A stretch of 64,000 nucleotides of DNA from the NCBI RefSeq assembly GCF_006345805.1, contig NW_021833983.1:1-64000 (forward strand), in the 5' to 3' direction. The notes below the pieces were generated by a model. It was not told the DNA's origin, ran no database searches, and was given only the letters and a program-made list of their open reading frames with translations. Positions 12,701 through 25,469 of this stretch are shown here, piece after piece; positions within the stretch are counted from its first letter, which is position 1; each line of letters starts with the position of its first letter. This DNA comes from Octopus sinensis (Eukaryota). Made by a program: the position numbers and the translations under genes.

Positions 12701-12869
12701 ATAGAGCAAGATTTTCCCATAATCTTGAGCAATTTCTCACACTGATGGAAATATATTTTCTCCATAACCTGGAACATTTTACCACGGGAAAAGGTATTTC
12801 CTCCATAAAAGAAGGAAGAAAATATACTCTCATTGTCGTGGGAAATTATTCCAGATTACAGACGAAATA

Positions 12870-13100
12870 TATATCTGCATCATTTACATTTGACGGATAT
12901 TTATCCTCATCTTGTTTGTTGTTACCACAACATTTTGGCTTATTTACTCTCCAGGCTTCATCAGGTGTCCTGGTAGAATTTCGAACCCATTCCTAAGGTA
13001 CTTTTGTTGCTATTATTATAATTATTATTCGAGGCACTTCCTGGAATTGAACTCGCAATAAAATAGAAGCCCGCGCACTAAACCATTACGCAATATGCCC
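12870..13100 (-). mobile_element. family C element: tRNA-like head, (AAT)n, hammerhead-like body
   Basis: Minus strand: A-box-like ttgcgtaatgg, B-box gttcaattcc, then GACAC-CUGAUGA-A-GCCUGG...AAGCC-AAAA-UGUUGUG. Confidence 0.7.
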
Positions 13101-13164
13101 TAGGGCAATTATAGTATGAATTTTAGGGCTTATAAACCCAATATTTTTGCATCCTTCCTTAATA

Positions 13165-13255
13165 CTTGTTCCCATATCTGCACTAGGTCTACTAACCCGA
13201 AGACTGCGAGCTCAATTTCAGGCAGTGCCTTGAATAAATAATAATAATAATGATG

Positions 13256-13289
<34 letters not shown>

Positions 13290-13298
13290 TGATAATAA

Positions 13299-13351
<53 letters not shown>

Positions 13352-13560
13352 TTTTGGCTGATATTATAACATCAGCCAAAAATACCTTAGGAATGAGAAC
13401 CCAAGGTTGGTTTCAAAATTCTTCCAGGACACCTGATGGAGGCTGGAGAGTAAATCAGTCGAAATCTGTGGTAACAACAAACAAGATGAGGACACATATC
13501 CGTCCAATGAAAATAATGTAAATAATGTACAGAATCCCCTCATCTCAAAAATATAGAACA
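13165..13560 (+). mobile_element. family C element, head-to-head with the previous copy
   Basis: tgcgagctcaatttcaggcagtgcc, (AAT)n, then GACAC-CUGAUGG-A-GGCUG...CAGUC-GAAA. Confidence 0.7.
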
Positions 13561-13721
13561 GAAAAATATATTTATGTTTGTTGAAAATTGTTCCAGATTA
13601 CGGGAATATGCGTCTCCATTTTTATGGAAAATTGTTTCCCAATATGGTGTTTCTGCAATTTTTGCATTATTGACAGAGAATTGGAGAACCTTCAACTGAT
13701 TTTAAGACTCTTACAGTTAAA

Positions 13722-14116
13722 GGCGGCGAGCTGGAAGAAACATTAGCATGCCGGGCGAAATGCGTAGCCGTATTTCGTCTGCCGTTACGTTCTAAGTTCA
13801 AATTCCGCCGAGGTCGACTTTGCCTTTCATCCTTTCGGGGTCGATAAATTATGTACCAGTTACGCACTGGGATCGATATAATCGACTTAATCCGTTTGTC
13901 TGTCCTTGTTTGTCTCCTCTGTGTTTAGCCCCTTGTGGGTAGTAAAGAAATACGTATTTCATCTGTCTTTATGTTCTGAATTCAAAGACCACTGAGGTCG
14001 ACTTTGCTTTCATCCTCTCGGGGTCGATAAATTAAGAACCAGTCGTATACTAGGGTTGATCTAATCGACTGGTCCCCTCCCCCAATGTTCGGACATTGTG
14101 ACTTGAGCAGAAAAGG
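13722..14116 (+). mobile_element. SINE family D tandem dimer
   Basis: Full unit, then a second unit restarting at gtatttc (13954) with the alternative cccctccccaa tail. Confidence 0.88.
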
Positions 14117-14224
14117 ATACTCTTACAGTATGTCATTTCCTTATTCAACATATAAAAAAAAGCACATGCTTATTATATTTGAAGAAAAGTAATAACACAA
14201 TGTATTAAGTTCCTCCAAAGCTAA

Positions 14225-14594
14225 GTCATGGCTATGTGGTTAAGAAGTAACGAGGTTTCGGGTTCAATCCCACAGCAATGCACTTTGGGCAAGTGTACTC
14301 TTCGCTAGATTTAAGCCAACGGAAACTTTGTGTGTTTTGTAGGTGGAAGCTGTGTAAAAGGTTCTCTCTCTCTCTCCCTCTCCCCTCCCACACACGTACG
14401 TATATATGTGTATATATGTGTGCGTATTTGTGTATATATGTGCGTGTCTGTTTCTTCCCAAACTCTTTGATAACTATTGTTGATTTATACACGCCACTGT
14501 AACTTAGCAGTCTGGCGAAGAGACCGATAAAATAAGTACCAGACTTTAAAAAAAAACGTACTCAGGTCGGTTTATAATAATAAAAATGATAATG

Positions 14595-14652
<58 letters not shown>

Positions 14653-14990
14653 TAATAATAATAATAATAACAACAACAACAACAACAACAATAATAATAA
14701 TAATAATAACAACAACAACTACAACAACATCGAATGAGAACATTAGGAATGAGAACCCAGGTTCGAAATTTCCCCAAGATACCTGATGAAGGATGTGGAG
14801 GATATATCAGCCGAATCGTTGTGTTAACAACAAAGGTGAGGACAAATATCCGTCAAAAGTAAATAATGTACATAATGTACATAATTCCTCATCTCTTAAA
14901 TATAGAACTGTATCAGGTCGGTTTGCTTGACTAAGTCCTTCAAGGTGGCATCTCAGCATGACTGCAGTCCAATGACCAAAATAAATAGAA
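14225..14990 (+). mobile_element. family A-related SINE split by a family C insertion
   Basis: SINE sequence resumes (gcttgactaagtccttcaaggtggcatctcagcatg) after a duplicated tcaggtcggttt. Confidence 0.7.
14574..14912 (+). mobile_element. family C element with a 12-bp target-site duplication
   Basis: tcaggtcggttt at 14562-14573 and 14913-14924; HHR-like GAUAC-CUGAUGA-A-GGAUG...CAGCC-GAAU-CGUU-GUGUU at 14778-14825. Confidence 0.8.
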
Positions 14991-15039
14991 GAGTACAGAA
15001 TAAAATGAAACTTCGAACATCAAAGAATTCAAAGAAATT

Positions 15040-15238
15040 TTTACAAGTCTGGTACTTATTTTACAAATCGCTTTTGCTAGACTATGTTGCAGGGACGTAA
15101 ATAAACCAACATCGATAGTTGGTTTCTTTACGGTGGTTTCTTTGTGGTAATGGTGGTGAGGAAGCGCAAACACAAAGACACATATACATATATACAATGG
15201 GCTTCCACACAGTTTCCATCTATCAAATTCAGTAACAA
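15040..15238 (-). mobile_element. family A-related SINE fragment
   Basis: Colinear with 12430-12620. Confidence 0.65.
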
Positions 15239-15295
15239 TTTTGAAGGACTTTGAAGCAGAATGGGCATATCAGCCTGGACAGACGTCTACTATAC

Positions 15296-15490
15296 TAGTG
15301 CTCCGCAACCTGTTTTCACTTGCGGCACACTTATATTCTTTTGAAAATTCAACGGCACACTTCAACTAAAAATATAACTAAAGTATAGGGGGGAAATTAT
15401 ACACAGGTTACACTGCGGCACACCTAGCATTGTCTCGTGGCACACAAATGTGCTGCGGCATACCTGTTGTGGAGCATACCTGTTGTGGAG
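15296..15490. mobile_element. hAT-like MITE
   Basis: Ends agtgctccgcaac / gttgtggagc; multiple internal ggcacac motifs; right end tandemly duplicated as a 16-bp unit. Confidence 0.55.
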
Positions 15491-15605
15491 CATACCTGTT
15501 GCTGTCATTTTCAGTATTTGGTATATGTTTTTTCTACTTTTTATCCGCTGTTAATGTCTAGCTTGTGCCAAACAGACAAGGTTGTCGATTCGACTTTGTT
15601 TACAG

Positions 15606-15638
15606 ATATACTCTTCCATGTGAATACAAGAGAGCCAG
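15606..15638 (+). CDS. candidate 33-nt microexon
   Basis: tttgtttacag acceptor, CAG|GTAATA donor; symmetric phase 2; joined to the previous exon it reads RYTLPCEYKRA. Confidence 0.4.
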
Positions 15639-16335
15639 GTAATACTGTGGGGTTTTTTTTGTATTGGTTTCAGTGTCTGTACTGGATGTCAGCATCTTCT
15701 CAATATTTTATTTCTGATGAGAATTGAAAATGTCAGCTATTTGCTGTGTGGATTTAAATGCAAACTCGACTTTGTCCGTAGATATCCTCTCAACTATAAT
15801 AACTAGATAGGTCCACTAAAAAACACCAACAAACAAGCTAACAAAAAAACTGGTTCTTTGTACAGGTTACAGAGTCTCTATCCAAGGCATTGATCCATTG
15901 AAGCTAAAATCTAACTTCAGTTTCTGTTATAAGCCCAGAGCTTGACAACCATTGTTCGATTTCACTACGACAATGTTCTGTTGAGACTTGCTGAGTATTA
16001 ACTCTAGACTGGTTTTTCTGTCTATTTATTTCCTTATACACAATCCCGCTGTTATTTGAGGGAGTTTTGGTAGCTATTTCTAGTAGTAATAGTGGCTGTG
16101 ATGGTGGTGATAGAGGTGGTAGTAGTGGTGTTGGCGGTGACGGTGGTGGTGGTGGTGGTGGAAGTGGTGGAGTTGTTGTTGTTGTTGTTGGTAGTAGTAG
16201 TAGTAGTAGTATAGTAGTAGTAGTAGTAAAACCGGCGCAAACTTGAGAATCCGTATATAACTCAATTACTAAAGCTTTCAGCAACATCAAATGTAATAGA
16301 TAGGGGAATGAGAAAGAGATGATGAGAGCGTGAGT

Positions 16336-16373
<38 letters not shown>

Positions 16374-16529
16374 CTGAGAGAGGGAGAGAGATACAGATAG
16401 AGGGGGGAGAGAGGGAGAGAAGGAAAGAAAGCTGAGAGAGAAGTCAAAAATACATGTGTTGAGAAATTTAAGCGCGACTTCTGACATTACATAAACATTA
16501 GCATAGATGAGAGTGTACGTGCGTGGATA

Positions 16530-17000
16530 TGTGTGTATGTGTGTGTATGTGTGTATGTATGTATGTATGTATGTATGTATGTATGTATGTATGTATATAT
16601 GAATGTATGTATGTATGTATGTATGCATGTATGTATGTATGTATGTATGTATGAATGTATGTATGTATTGATGTATGTATGTATGTATGTATGTATGTAT
16701 GTATGTATGTATGTATGAATGTATGTATGTATGTATGTATGTATGTATGTATGTATGAATGTATGTATGAATGTATGAATGTATGTATGTATTGATGTAT
16801 GGATGTATGAATGTACGTATGAATGTATGTATGAATGTATGTATATATGTCTGTATATATGTATGTATGAATGTATGTATGTATGTATATATGTCTGTAT
16901 ATATGTATGTATGAATGTATGTATGTATGTGTATGTATGTATGTATGTATGTATGTGTATGTATGTATGTATGTATGTATGCATATATGTATGTATGCAT
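16530..17000. repeat. degenerate (TATG)n tract
   Basis: About 470 bp of tetranucleotide repeat; source of the HTYI/MYVC ORFs. Confidence 0.95.
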
Positions 17001-17031
17001 GCATGTGCGTGTGTGTGTATGTATTTATGTA

Positions 17032-17117
17032 GGGGAAGAATTCACAAAAAAAAACAAAAGACGAAGACGTTTCGAGTCTACGCTCTTCCACAAAAAGGAA
17101 CATAGAAAGAAACAAGT
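17032..17117 (-). mobile_element. family B fragment with internal deletion
   Basis: Minus strand gaagagcgtagactcgaaacgt fused directly to cttcgtcttttg. Confidence 0.65.
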
Positions 17118-17368
17118 GTGTTCATGTACGAAGCCTTTCAGCCTTTGAGTCAGGCGAAGTGCTAAGAAGTTCGCTTCCCAACAACATGGTTCCGCGTTCA
17201 AATCCACTACGAGGTTGTATCAAAACGTTTTCCGGATTAACAGTTCACCCATGGCTAGGCATGTTCTCATAGAATATTGGAAATGAATAACACTGCTTGT
17301 ATGACGATGACACTCATTTACAATCGTAGCACTATGTCAAGACACGGAGTCACAACTACACACACACA

Positions 17369-17399
<31 letters not shown>

Positions 17400-17550
17400 C
17401 ATACGTATATTGTTAATAATGTGTATGACTATTTTATCGTTTTCATATCTTTGTCGTAATATTGTATATTTCTTGGAAAACATGATGAATTTCCAAATGT
17501 GATTTCTTCTATAGAATCCCTGACAATGAAAAAGAATGGTTCAAATTACT

Positions 17551-17678
17551 CAGAGGTCGACTTTACTTTTCATCCTTTCGGGGTCGATAAATTAAGTACC
17601 AGTTGCGTGCTGGGGTCGCTCTAATCGACTGGCTCTCTATCCCAAAATTTCGGGCCTTGTGCCTAGAGAAGAAACGAC
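17551..17678 (+). mobile_element. SINE family D 3' fragment
   Basis: gaggtcgacttt...ggggtcgataaattaagtaccagtt. Confidence 0.8.
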
Positions 17679-17782
17679 TTAAAACGAAAGGTACAAAAAT
17701 CTCAATGTCATTGATTTCCTTGGGAAATATGGTCGATCTATCTGACCAGCTGATATGTTGTAGAAACACAGGTAAATATATA

Positions 17783-18631
17783 CGAGGTCTGATCAATAAG
17801 TATATGGGATGTTGCCATAGTAACGAAGCTAAAGCGTGCAGAATGAAGCCGCTAGGTCAAGATTGATATGGAACTCTGCTGTGCATGTGCAATAAATTTT
17901 AATGTTCTATCTCACTTCCGCTGCTTACAGCAGTGCTTAGAAAGGTGTGTAGCGTATGATCGTCGCATTGACCATGAGAGAAAAAGCTGCTCAGAGGCCT
18001 ACACAAAGTTTCAGAAAGTGTATGGAGAGGAGTGTATGAGCCACACACAAGTGTACGAGTGGTTCAGACGTTTCCTAGATAGCCGAAAAAATGTCGATAT
18101 TGACGAACGTTCTGGGAGACCCACAACCAGCAGCTGTGAGGGGAGATCATCGAATTACCATCCATGAGTTATCAGCGGATGTACAGATTAGCTACGGTTC
18201 AGTTCAGTCCATTATCACTGACGATTTGGGCATGAGATGCGTGTCTGCCAAGTTTGTGCCAAAACTGCTTTCAGCTGACAAAAAAGATGGTTTCAGTTGC
18301 ATAAGATCTCCTTGATTGTGTCGAGAAAGATGACAACTTTTTGAAAACTTTGCGTAGATCTCTGAGCAGGCATCGCCAAGTTTTTGGCAAAATGTGAGGC
18401 AGATTCACTGCTCAGTTTTCTCTGACATACTCAATACGACAATCACACGCTACACACCTTCCTTCCAAGCACTACTGTAAACAGCGAAAGTGAGCTAGAA
18501 TGTTAAAACTTAGTACACATGCACAGCAGAGTTGAAGGTCAATCTGTGCCTAGCAGCTTTACTCGCTTTACTTTGCGTACTTTAGTTTTGTTAGTATGGC
18601 AACAGTCCGGATACTTATTGATCATACCACG
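17783..18631 (+). mobile_element. internally deleted mariner transposon with ~190-bp TIRs
   Basis: TA on both sides; inverted ends cgaggtctgatcaataagtat / atacttattgatcataccacg; transposase remnants QVYEWFRRF, DERSGRP, RITIHELS, VSAKFVPKLL; catalytic domain absent. Confidence 0.9.
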
Positions 18632-19073
18632 TATATAGTACGTACCACCTTAGCATGTGTCCTCTACTATAGAACCGAATCTTGTGAATGAATTTGGTAG
18701 ATGGAAACCGAAAGAAGTCCATCTTGTATATATCTCATTACCCGTTATGTCCCTTTTCTAAGATGCAGGAATGATTTGAAAGAAACTTAGCTCTTATTTC
18801 AAGCGTCAAGTACAAAGAGGATCACTAATTGCCCTGGATTCTGTACATTTATATAAGTGTGTAAATGCTTCTCTTACGTAAGGACATAAAGCTACAAACA
18901 AAACATACTAGAGTCTGCCTTGGTCTACCCAACGACGTCTCTTACAAGCAACTATTCAACCCTTAAAAAGTCTTACAGTATTTTATTGCGCCAGATAAGA
19001 TCAGTTCTAGCGTGATTTATAAAGCTATGGTCGTTCATGTACGCATAGACGCATGTATGAACGCAATGTAGTC

Positions 19074-19199
19074 TTTTCTACGCTTGGCACAAGGCTCGAA
19101 ATCTTTTGAGGAGGGGGGCCCAGTCGATTAGATCGACCCCAGTACGCAACTGGTACCTAATTTATCGACCCCGAAAGGATGAAAGGCAAAGTCGCCCTC
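19074..19199 (-). mobile_element. SINE family D 3' fragment
   Basis: Reverse complement of the family D core. Confidence 0.8.
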
Positions 19200-19218
19200 A
19201 TGAATGTAATGTAATACA

Positions 19219-19251
<33 letters not shown>

Positions 19252-19672
19252 TGTATGTATGTATGTATGTATGTATGCATGTATGTATGTATGTATGTAT
19301 GTATGTATGTATGTATGTCATTATTCAGTTTATTTCTAGATTTCTCGCTAATAGGGAAAGAGCCGGTTTCTAACCTAGATCCAAGGCTCCTTCATTGGAA
19401 TTTCAACATCAACAACAGGTTATGAATGTATGTATGTATGTATGTATGTATGTATATATGTATGTATGTATGTATGTATGTGTGCATATTTGTATTTTTT
19501 GCTTTATGTATATATTCTCATGCATATACTTGGATATCTAGACATGCTCATATATATTTAAATGATAAACTTCTGGAAAGTTCTACTGAGTTTTACAGTT
19601 CCAGTGTACGTATGCATGTATGCATGTAGAACGGTAGGTATGTGTGTATGCGTGTACATATATAGATATGTA

Positions 19673-19759
<87 letters not shown>

Positions 19760-19897
19760 ATATATATATATAATATATATTTATCTATATATATTTATAT
19801 ATATATATGGACCATTTTTCATGCCGAATTCTACTTGGTGGAATTATTAATTACTAGTTAATTAATTAATTTTACCCTTTATCATTATTAATTATAA

Positions 19898-19930
<33 letters not shown>

Positions 19931-19951
19931 TGTATGTATGTATGTATGTAT

Positions 19952-20214
19952 AGAAACTGAAAAAAGCCTGTTGTATATATGTATGTGCGTGTATATGTTT
20001 GTGTCTGTGTTTGTTCCCCCCACCCAACATCACTTGACAACCGATTCTGGTGTGTTTACGTCCCCGTAACTTAGCGGTTCGGCAAAAGAGACCGATAAAA
20101 TAAGAACTAGGCTTACAAAGAATAAGTCCTGGGGTCGATTTGCTCGACTAAAGGTGGTGCTCCATCATGGCCACAGTCAAATGACTGAAACAAGTAAAAG
20201 AGTAAAAGAGTAAA
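19952..20214 (+). mobile_element. SINE family A, 5'-truncated
   Basis: Family A body with a (gtaaaaga)n tail. Confidence 0.88.
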
Positions 20215-20216
20215 CA

Positions 20217-20249
<33 letters not shown>

Positions 20250-20439
20250 TAGAAAAATGAAATATCTTTTTATGGATAATTCGTTTAACCGATACCTGGG
20301 TAGCAAATTCACATCAGAAATAACACGGTTGAAGTTACGTGCCTAGGGCAGAGACTACGTGTTTTCGTGTGGAAATGTGTGTGTATTTTTATAAAATTTA
20401 TGAATAAATGAAAGAATGGAGTTGAACGACAAATTAACA

Positions 20440-20544
20440 AATTTCCTTTATCTTCGACATATGTTTCGAAGGCTGCATATTCCTAATTGTGAAGGAATAA
20501 GGAGTACATTATGCCGCTTTCTCATCAGGAAAAACAAGGAATTT
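20440..20544 (-). ncRNA. type I hammerhead ribozyme, canonical
   Basis: Mirror of 21132-21236; GUC triplet at 20458-20456. Confidence 0.8.
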
Positions 20545-21131
20545 ATGTCAACATCAAGATTCACAAAAACTTTTAGATGACTGCTCTCACGGAGCGCATA
20601 GCGATAATGAGTGTCTCTTTAATATTCCTTTATAAGGAGTGACGTCAAACTGGTTGAATGTAGAAAATTCTAGAAGGTTCTAAAGGTTCAAGAGGTCAAA
20701 CGAAGTAGGGAGAGAGAGGCCTAAGAAAAATAAGGTGATTTGGAACAGGTCGTATGTATGGTGGGTTTTGTTAAATTCTTTTGTGAATGAGTGTCTGTGT
20801 GAGTGAATGAATATAACTGTATTAATACCTATGTGTGTGTATGTATGTGCGTGAATGTGTATGTGGATGGGTAGATGTAAAAAAAAAACAGATAGTGGTG
20901 TTGTAGCAGATATGTGTCTGTGTGCTTGATTACTCTATCACCTTACTTTTCTTAGGCCTCTCTCTCCCTACTTCGTTTGAACTCTTGAACCTTTAGAACC
21001 TTCTAGAATTTTCTACATTCAACCAGTTTGACGTCACTCCTTATAAAGGAATATTAAAGAGACACTCATTATCGCTATGCGCTCCGTGAGAGCAGTCATC
21101 TAAAAGTTTTTGTGAATCTTGATGTTGACAT

Positions 21132-21236
21132 AAATTCCTTGTTTTTCCTGATGAGAAAGCGGCATAATGTACTCCTTATTCCTTCACAATTAGGAATATG
21201 CAGCCTTCGAAACATATGTCGAAAATAAAGGAAATT
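21132..21236 (+). ncRNA. type I hammerhead ribozyme, canonical
   Basis: UUUUC-CUGAUGA(21148-54)-GAAAGCGGCAUA/UAUGCAGCCUUC (10 of 12 pairs)-GAAA-CAUAUG-UC(21220)-GAAAA; stem I extends past a 2x2 internal loop. Confidence 0.82.
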
Positions 21237-21293
21237 TGTTAATTTGTCGTTCAACTCCATTCTTTCATTTATTCATAAATTTTATAAAAATAT

Positions 21294-21367
<74 letters not shown>

Positions 21368-21386
21368 TATATATATATAATATATA

Positions 21387-21463
<77 letters not shown>

Positions 21464-21514
21464 ATATATATATAGTATATATATATATAATATATATATT
21501 ATATATATATATAC

Positions 21515-23300
21515 ATGCAGCCATTTTTCTCCCTGATTACTTTGCCATGGATGCCAAAGACATTTTCCAATGGTTACCGTGAATCCATGTCACTATTTAA
21601 TAAAGTTTATTCCATAACTATTGTAGGTCTTTACAGGCTTCCTCGTGCTCCTCAACTGTGTTTTGAAAAGTGCCTCACCAAAATCAATTCCTTTCTCCAA
21701 AACTCTGGGAACATATTAATGATGGGTGATTTTAATTTCCTTTATGTGAACTGGCCTACAAATACACGGAAGTTAGGTAACTGCACTACACCAGACAAAG
21801 CAGCAGCAGCCGCAGCCACAGCAGTAGCAGAATTAAGATTTAATTTAATGGATGAATTTTTCCTAACCCAAATTCTTCTTGAACCAACAAGACAAAATAA
21901 AACTATCCTGGACCTGCTTTTAACAAACCTCTCTAGCGCCAACCATAGCTTTTCAGTTGAAAAGCCTCTTCTCTCTGATCCCGATATGGTACTCTGCAAC
22001 CTTAGTGTTTGGCATACCAAAGTCAAACCAGTGACATTCATCCGAGTGCACCTGTTCGACAACATCAATCTTCACAAAGCGGACTGGGGATCTCTCACTT
22101 ATCGATTGATCCTTCACTCACCGTTCCTCTGATATTGAAACAACAAGGCATCGCTTTGAGAATATTGTTACTTATACATGCTCAAAACCCGCTCCTACGA
22201 AACTCACAAGCACGAACAGAAATCGGCTCCCAAGAGAGAAATAAACACTCAATAAATACAATAAAAAAACTCAATAAATACAATCAAACAATTAAAATTC
22301 AACTACTAACAACATCCACAATCAACAGCAATAAGAAGACTTGAGTTGAAAAATATTATTCGCAGACAGTATGAAAACCTACATCAACAACCAAAGAGCT
22401 GCAGAGGAAAACCGGGTAACCAAAAAATCAAAAAAAAAAAAAAAAAAATCAAACAGAACCTGAAAGTGTTCTATTTATATGCCAACAAGTATAGGACTGC
22501 TGTCTCATCTGTTTGGTCCACTGATTGATGACAACAGCATTCTTCACCATGACACCAAAGGAATAGCAAAAATACTGCAGAAACTATACAGATCTGTCTT
22601 TAGTGATCCCACTGATATTGACGCAACGGATCTGAACGAACTCCGTCCCCAACATATCAAATTTGACATAACTTTTACTGCGTCAGACAGCATAGATGCA
22701 ATAAATGGAATCAAGTGTTATTCTGCTGTAGGCACCAATAGATTCCCCGCTGGTGTCCTGAAGGAATGTAGACACCAACTTGCAATCCCTCTAACCAACC
22801 TCTGGAGAAATTCTTTAAACTTTGGCTATATACCGAAACAGTTCTTATCCCAGTTTATTATCCTGGTCTTCAAAAACGGAAACAGGTCTCTTGCAGTTAA
22901 CTATCGCCCAATCTCACTCACCTCCCATATCAACAAAGCGTTTGCGAGAGAGGTGAGATCAAGGACAACTGGTTTCCTGGGGAGCCACAATCTTCTAAAT
23001 TTCAACCAGCATGGCTTTCCTTGCGGCAGATACTGCCTAATAAAGCTTTTACATCACATCGATAATGCCCTAAAAGCTTTGGGATCAGGTTAAAACTCTC
23101 TCATATACCTTCACTTCAGCAAAGCGTTTGATACATTCGACCACAATATCCTCCTGTTAAAAGTGTCCAATATTGAAATACGTGTCAAACTGCTGCATTG
23201 CATTAAGTATTTCCAGGTGAACAGAACACAACCGATTACAACAGGTATAGTCCACTCATGCCCAGGAAAAGTCACCAGTTGTGCCACCCCCAGGGGTTGT
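21515..23300 (+). pseudogene. decayed CR1/L2-type LINE ORF2 (APE endonuclease plus N-terminal RT)
   Basis: VGLYR, MMGDFN, EPTR...ILDLLLTN, YRPISLTS, QHGF, SKAFD..DHNIL, PQG motifs; many frameshifts and stops. Confidence 0.9.
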
Positions 23301-23426
23301 CGCTTGGTGGAGTGGTGTCAATAGTCTATATAAACCACATCTCAAGCGTCATCAAACACAGCAAAGTAAAAATGAAATACTAAAAGGACTTTTTAGTCTC
23401 TCTCCCTTGCCCCCTCTCTCTGTGAA

Positions 23427-23485
<59 letters not shown>

Positions 23486-23573
23486 ATCTATCTGTCTGTC
23501 TGTCTATTGTCTGTCTGTATGTGTCTGGCTGTCTGCTTGTCTGTCTGTCTGCTGTCTGTCTATATCTATCTAG

Positions 23574-23643
<70 letters not shown>

Positions 23644-23723
23644 ACATACACACACGCACACACATACACACATGAATGTAAAATGACGTGCGTGTGTGTG
23701 GAAATGCTTGTTTGTCGATGCAA

Positions 23724-23755
<32 letters not shown>

Positions 23756-23869
23756 TCCCAAGTAAGTATATATATATAGTTGAAATTTACAGAAAAACAA
23801 AAGATGAAGGCAGGCGTATAAACAACAAGCAGGTGGGTGTATTAGTTTGACGCTTAGGAAGGTGAGGAA

Positions 23870-23908
23870 GTCTTTTACGTTTCGAGCCTACGCTCTTCAA
23901 CAGAAGGG
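23870..23908 (-). ncRNA. minimal hammerhead-like variant (family B)
   Basis: Minus strand: CCCUU-CUGUUGA-A-GAGC-GUAG-GCUC-GAAA-CGU-A-AAAGA; inside a repeat at ~23778-23960. Confidence 0.6.
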
Positions 23909-23964
23909 AGCACGAGGAAATAAACAGAGAGAGAGAATAAAAAACTTTTGGAGTTAGTATACAA

Positions 23965-24023
<59 letters not shown>

Positions 24024-24296
24024 ACATACACACATGCATGTACAAGGCTACAAAGAAAACCTTGTGACGTCAGGTAACAGTTATCTATACCAACGTCTTC
24101 GCATTCCTCTCTGGTCAGTCGAACATTTAACCATAAAAATTACTGACTTTGCTTCAATTTTTCGCCCCCTACCATCCACCTACACCATCACTCCCGTCTC
24201 TCTCTCTCTCTCTCTCTCGTTCTATTATATCTTACTGTATCTTCCGTCTCTCTCATCCATACATATTTCCTCTACATTTATGTCTCTACCCTTTCT

Positions 24297-24341
<45 letters not shown>

Positions 24342-24602
24342 CTCACCCTCGCTTCTTGTGTTTCTGTCTGTCTGTCTGTCTGTCTCTCTTTCTCTCTCTC
24401 TCATACCTGCGTATATATGTGTAGGTTTGGATATATATATATATATATATGTGTGTTTGTGTGTGTGTGTGTTTGAAAACAATATATACATTTAATATGT
24501 ATATGCATATGCCTATATGTATACATATATATGTACACACATACACAAACATGTTAGTATCTTGCACACTACACACACATAGTTAAATATATTCAGATAG
24601 AT

Positions 24603-24696
<94 letters not shown>

Positions 24697-25368
24697 TCCC
24701 CCCCATTTTGTTTACTTAGTACCTCTTTATAACTCTCTCTCTCTCTCTCTCTCTCTATCTCCCTCCCGCTCTCACAAACATTCACAATCTCTATTTTCCT
24801 CCCTACCCCACTCTTTCTTTAAATACTTATCTCAAACCATTCCTCCCTCCATTTGTTCACCCCTTTCACTCCCCCCTCCATTACTCATTTATCTCCTCCT
24901 TTCCTCTCACTTTCCTCCTACCTATATGTTCATTGATACTGCACTATTTCCATTACACCTAAAATAAAATACTAAGGCTGACAAAGAAGAAAAAAATTAA
25001 GGCTAAAAGATACAATCTCCTCAATTCTTACTTCCTTTTATCATTGCCCTTTTTTCCCTTTCATTTTTTTTTCTTCCTATTTTAGTGAATTATCGGTTAC
25101 TTTATCAAAAAAATTTGAATTCCAGGCTAAGCATTTAAAAAGTCGTCTGCAAACAAAGTGTATTTTGTCTTCGTCCGAAATGTTATCTGGTTGTAATAGA
25201 GTTCCGTTAATGTCGGCAGCGATCGAGATAATACGTGAAATATATATTATGGAAGCCGGTCGGCCGATAATACATGAATGCATACATACATATATATGTA
25301 TGTGTGTGCGTGTGTGAGTGTATGTATGTATGTATGTATGTATGTATGTATGTATGTATGTATGTATG

Positions 25369-25403
<35 letters not shown>

Positions 25404-25435
25404 ATATATACACAAAGATATGCATACGTATCTAT

Positions 25436-25469
<34 letters not shown>

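Larger units (their letters stand above)
20384..21292. mobile_element. Penelope-like/retrozyme-like element: 356-bp inverted repeat (family K)
   Basis: Arms 20384-20739 and 20937-21292 align without gaps and with 3 mismatches by manual comparison; 197-bp spacer; each arm carries an HHR. Confidence 0.85.

Noticed and set aside
15710-15740. CUGAUGA-GAAUU-GAAA-AUGUC as an HHR
   Set aside because: No stem II and no stem I; likely chance.
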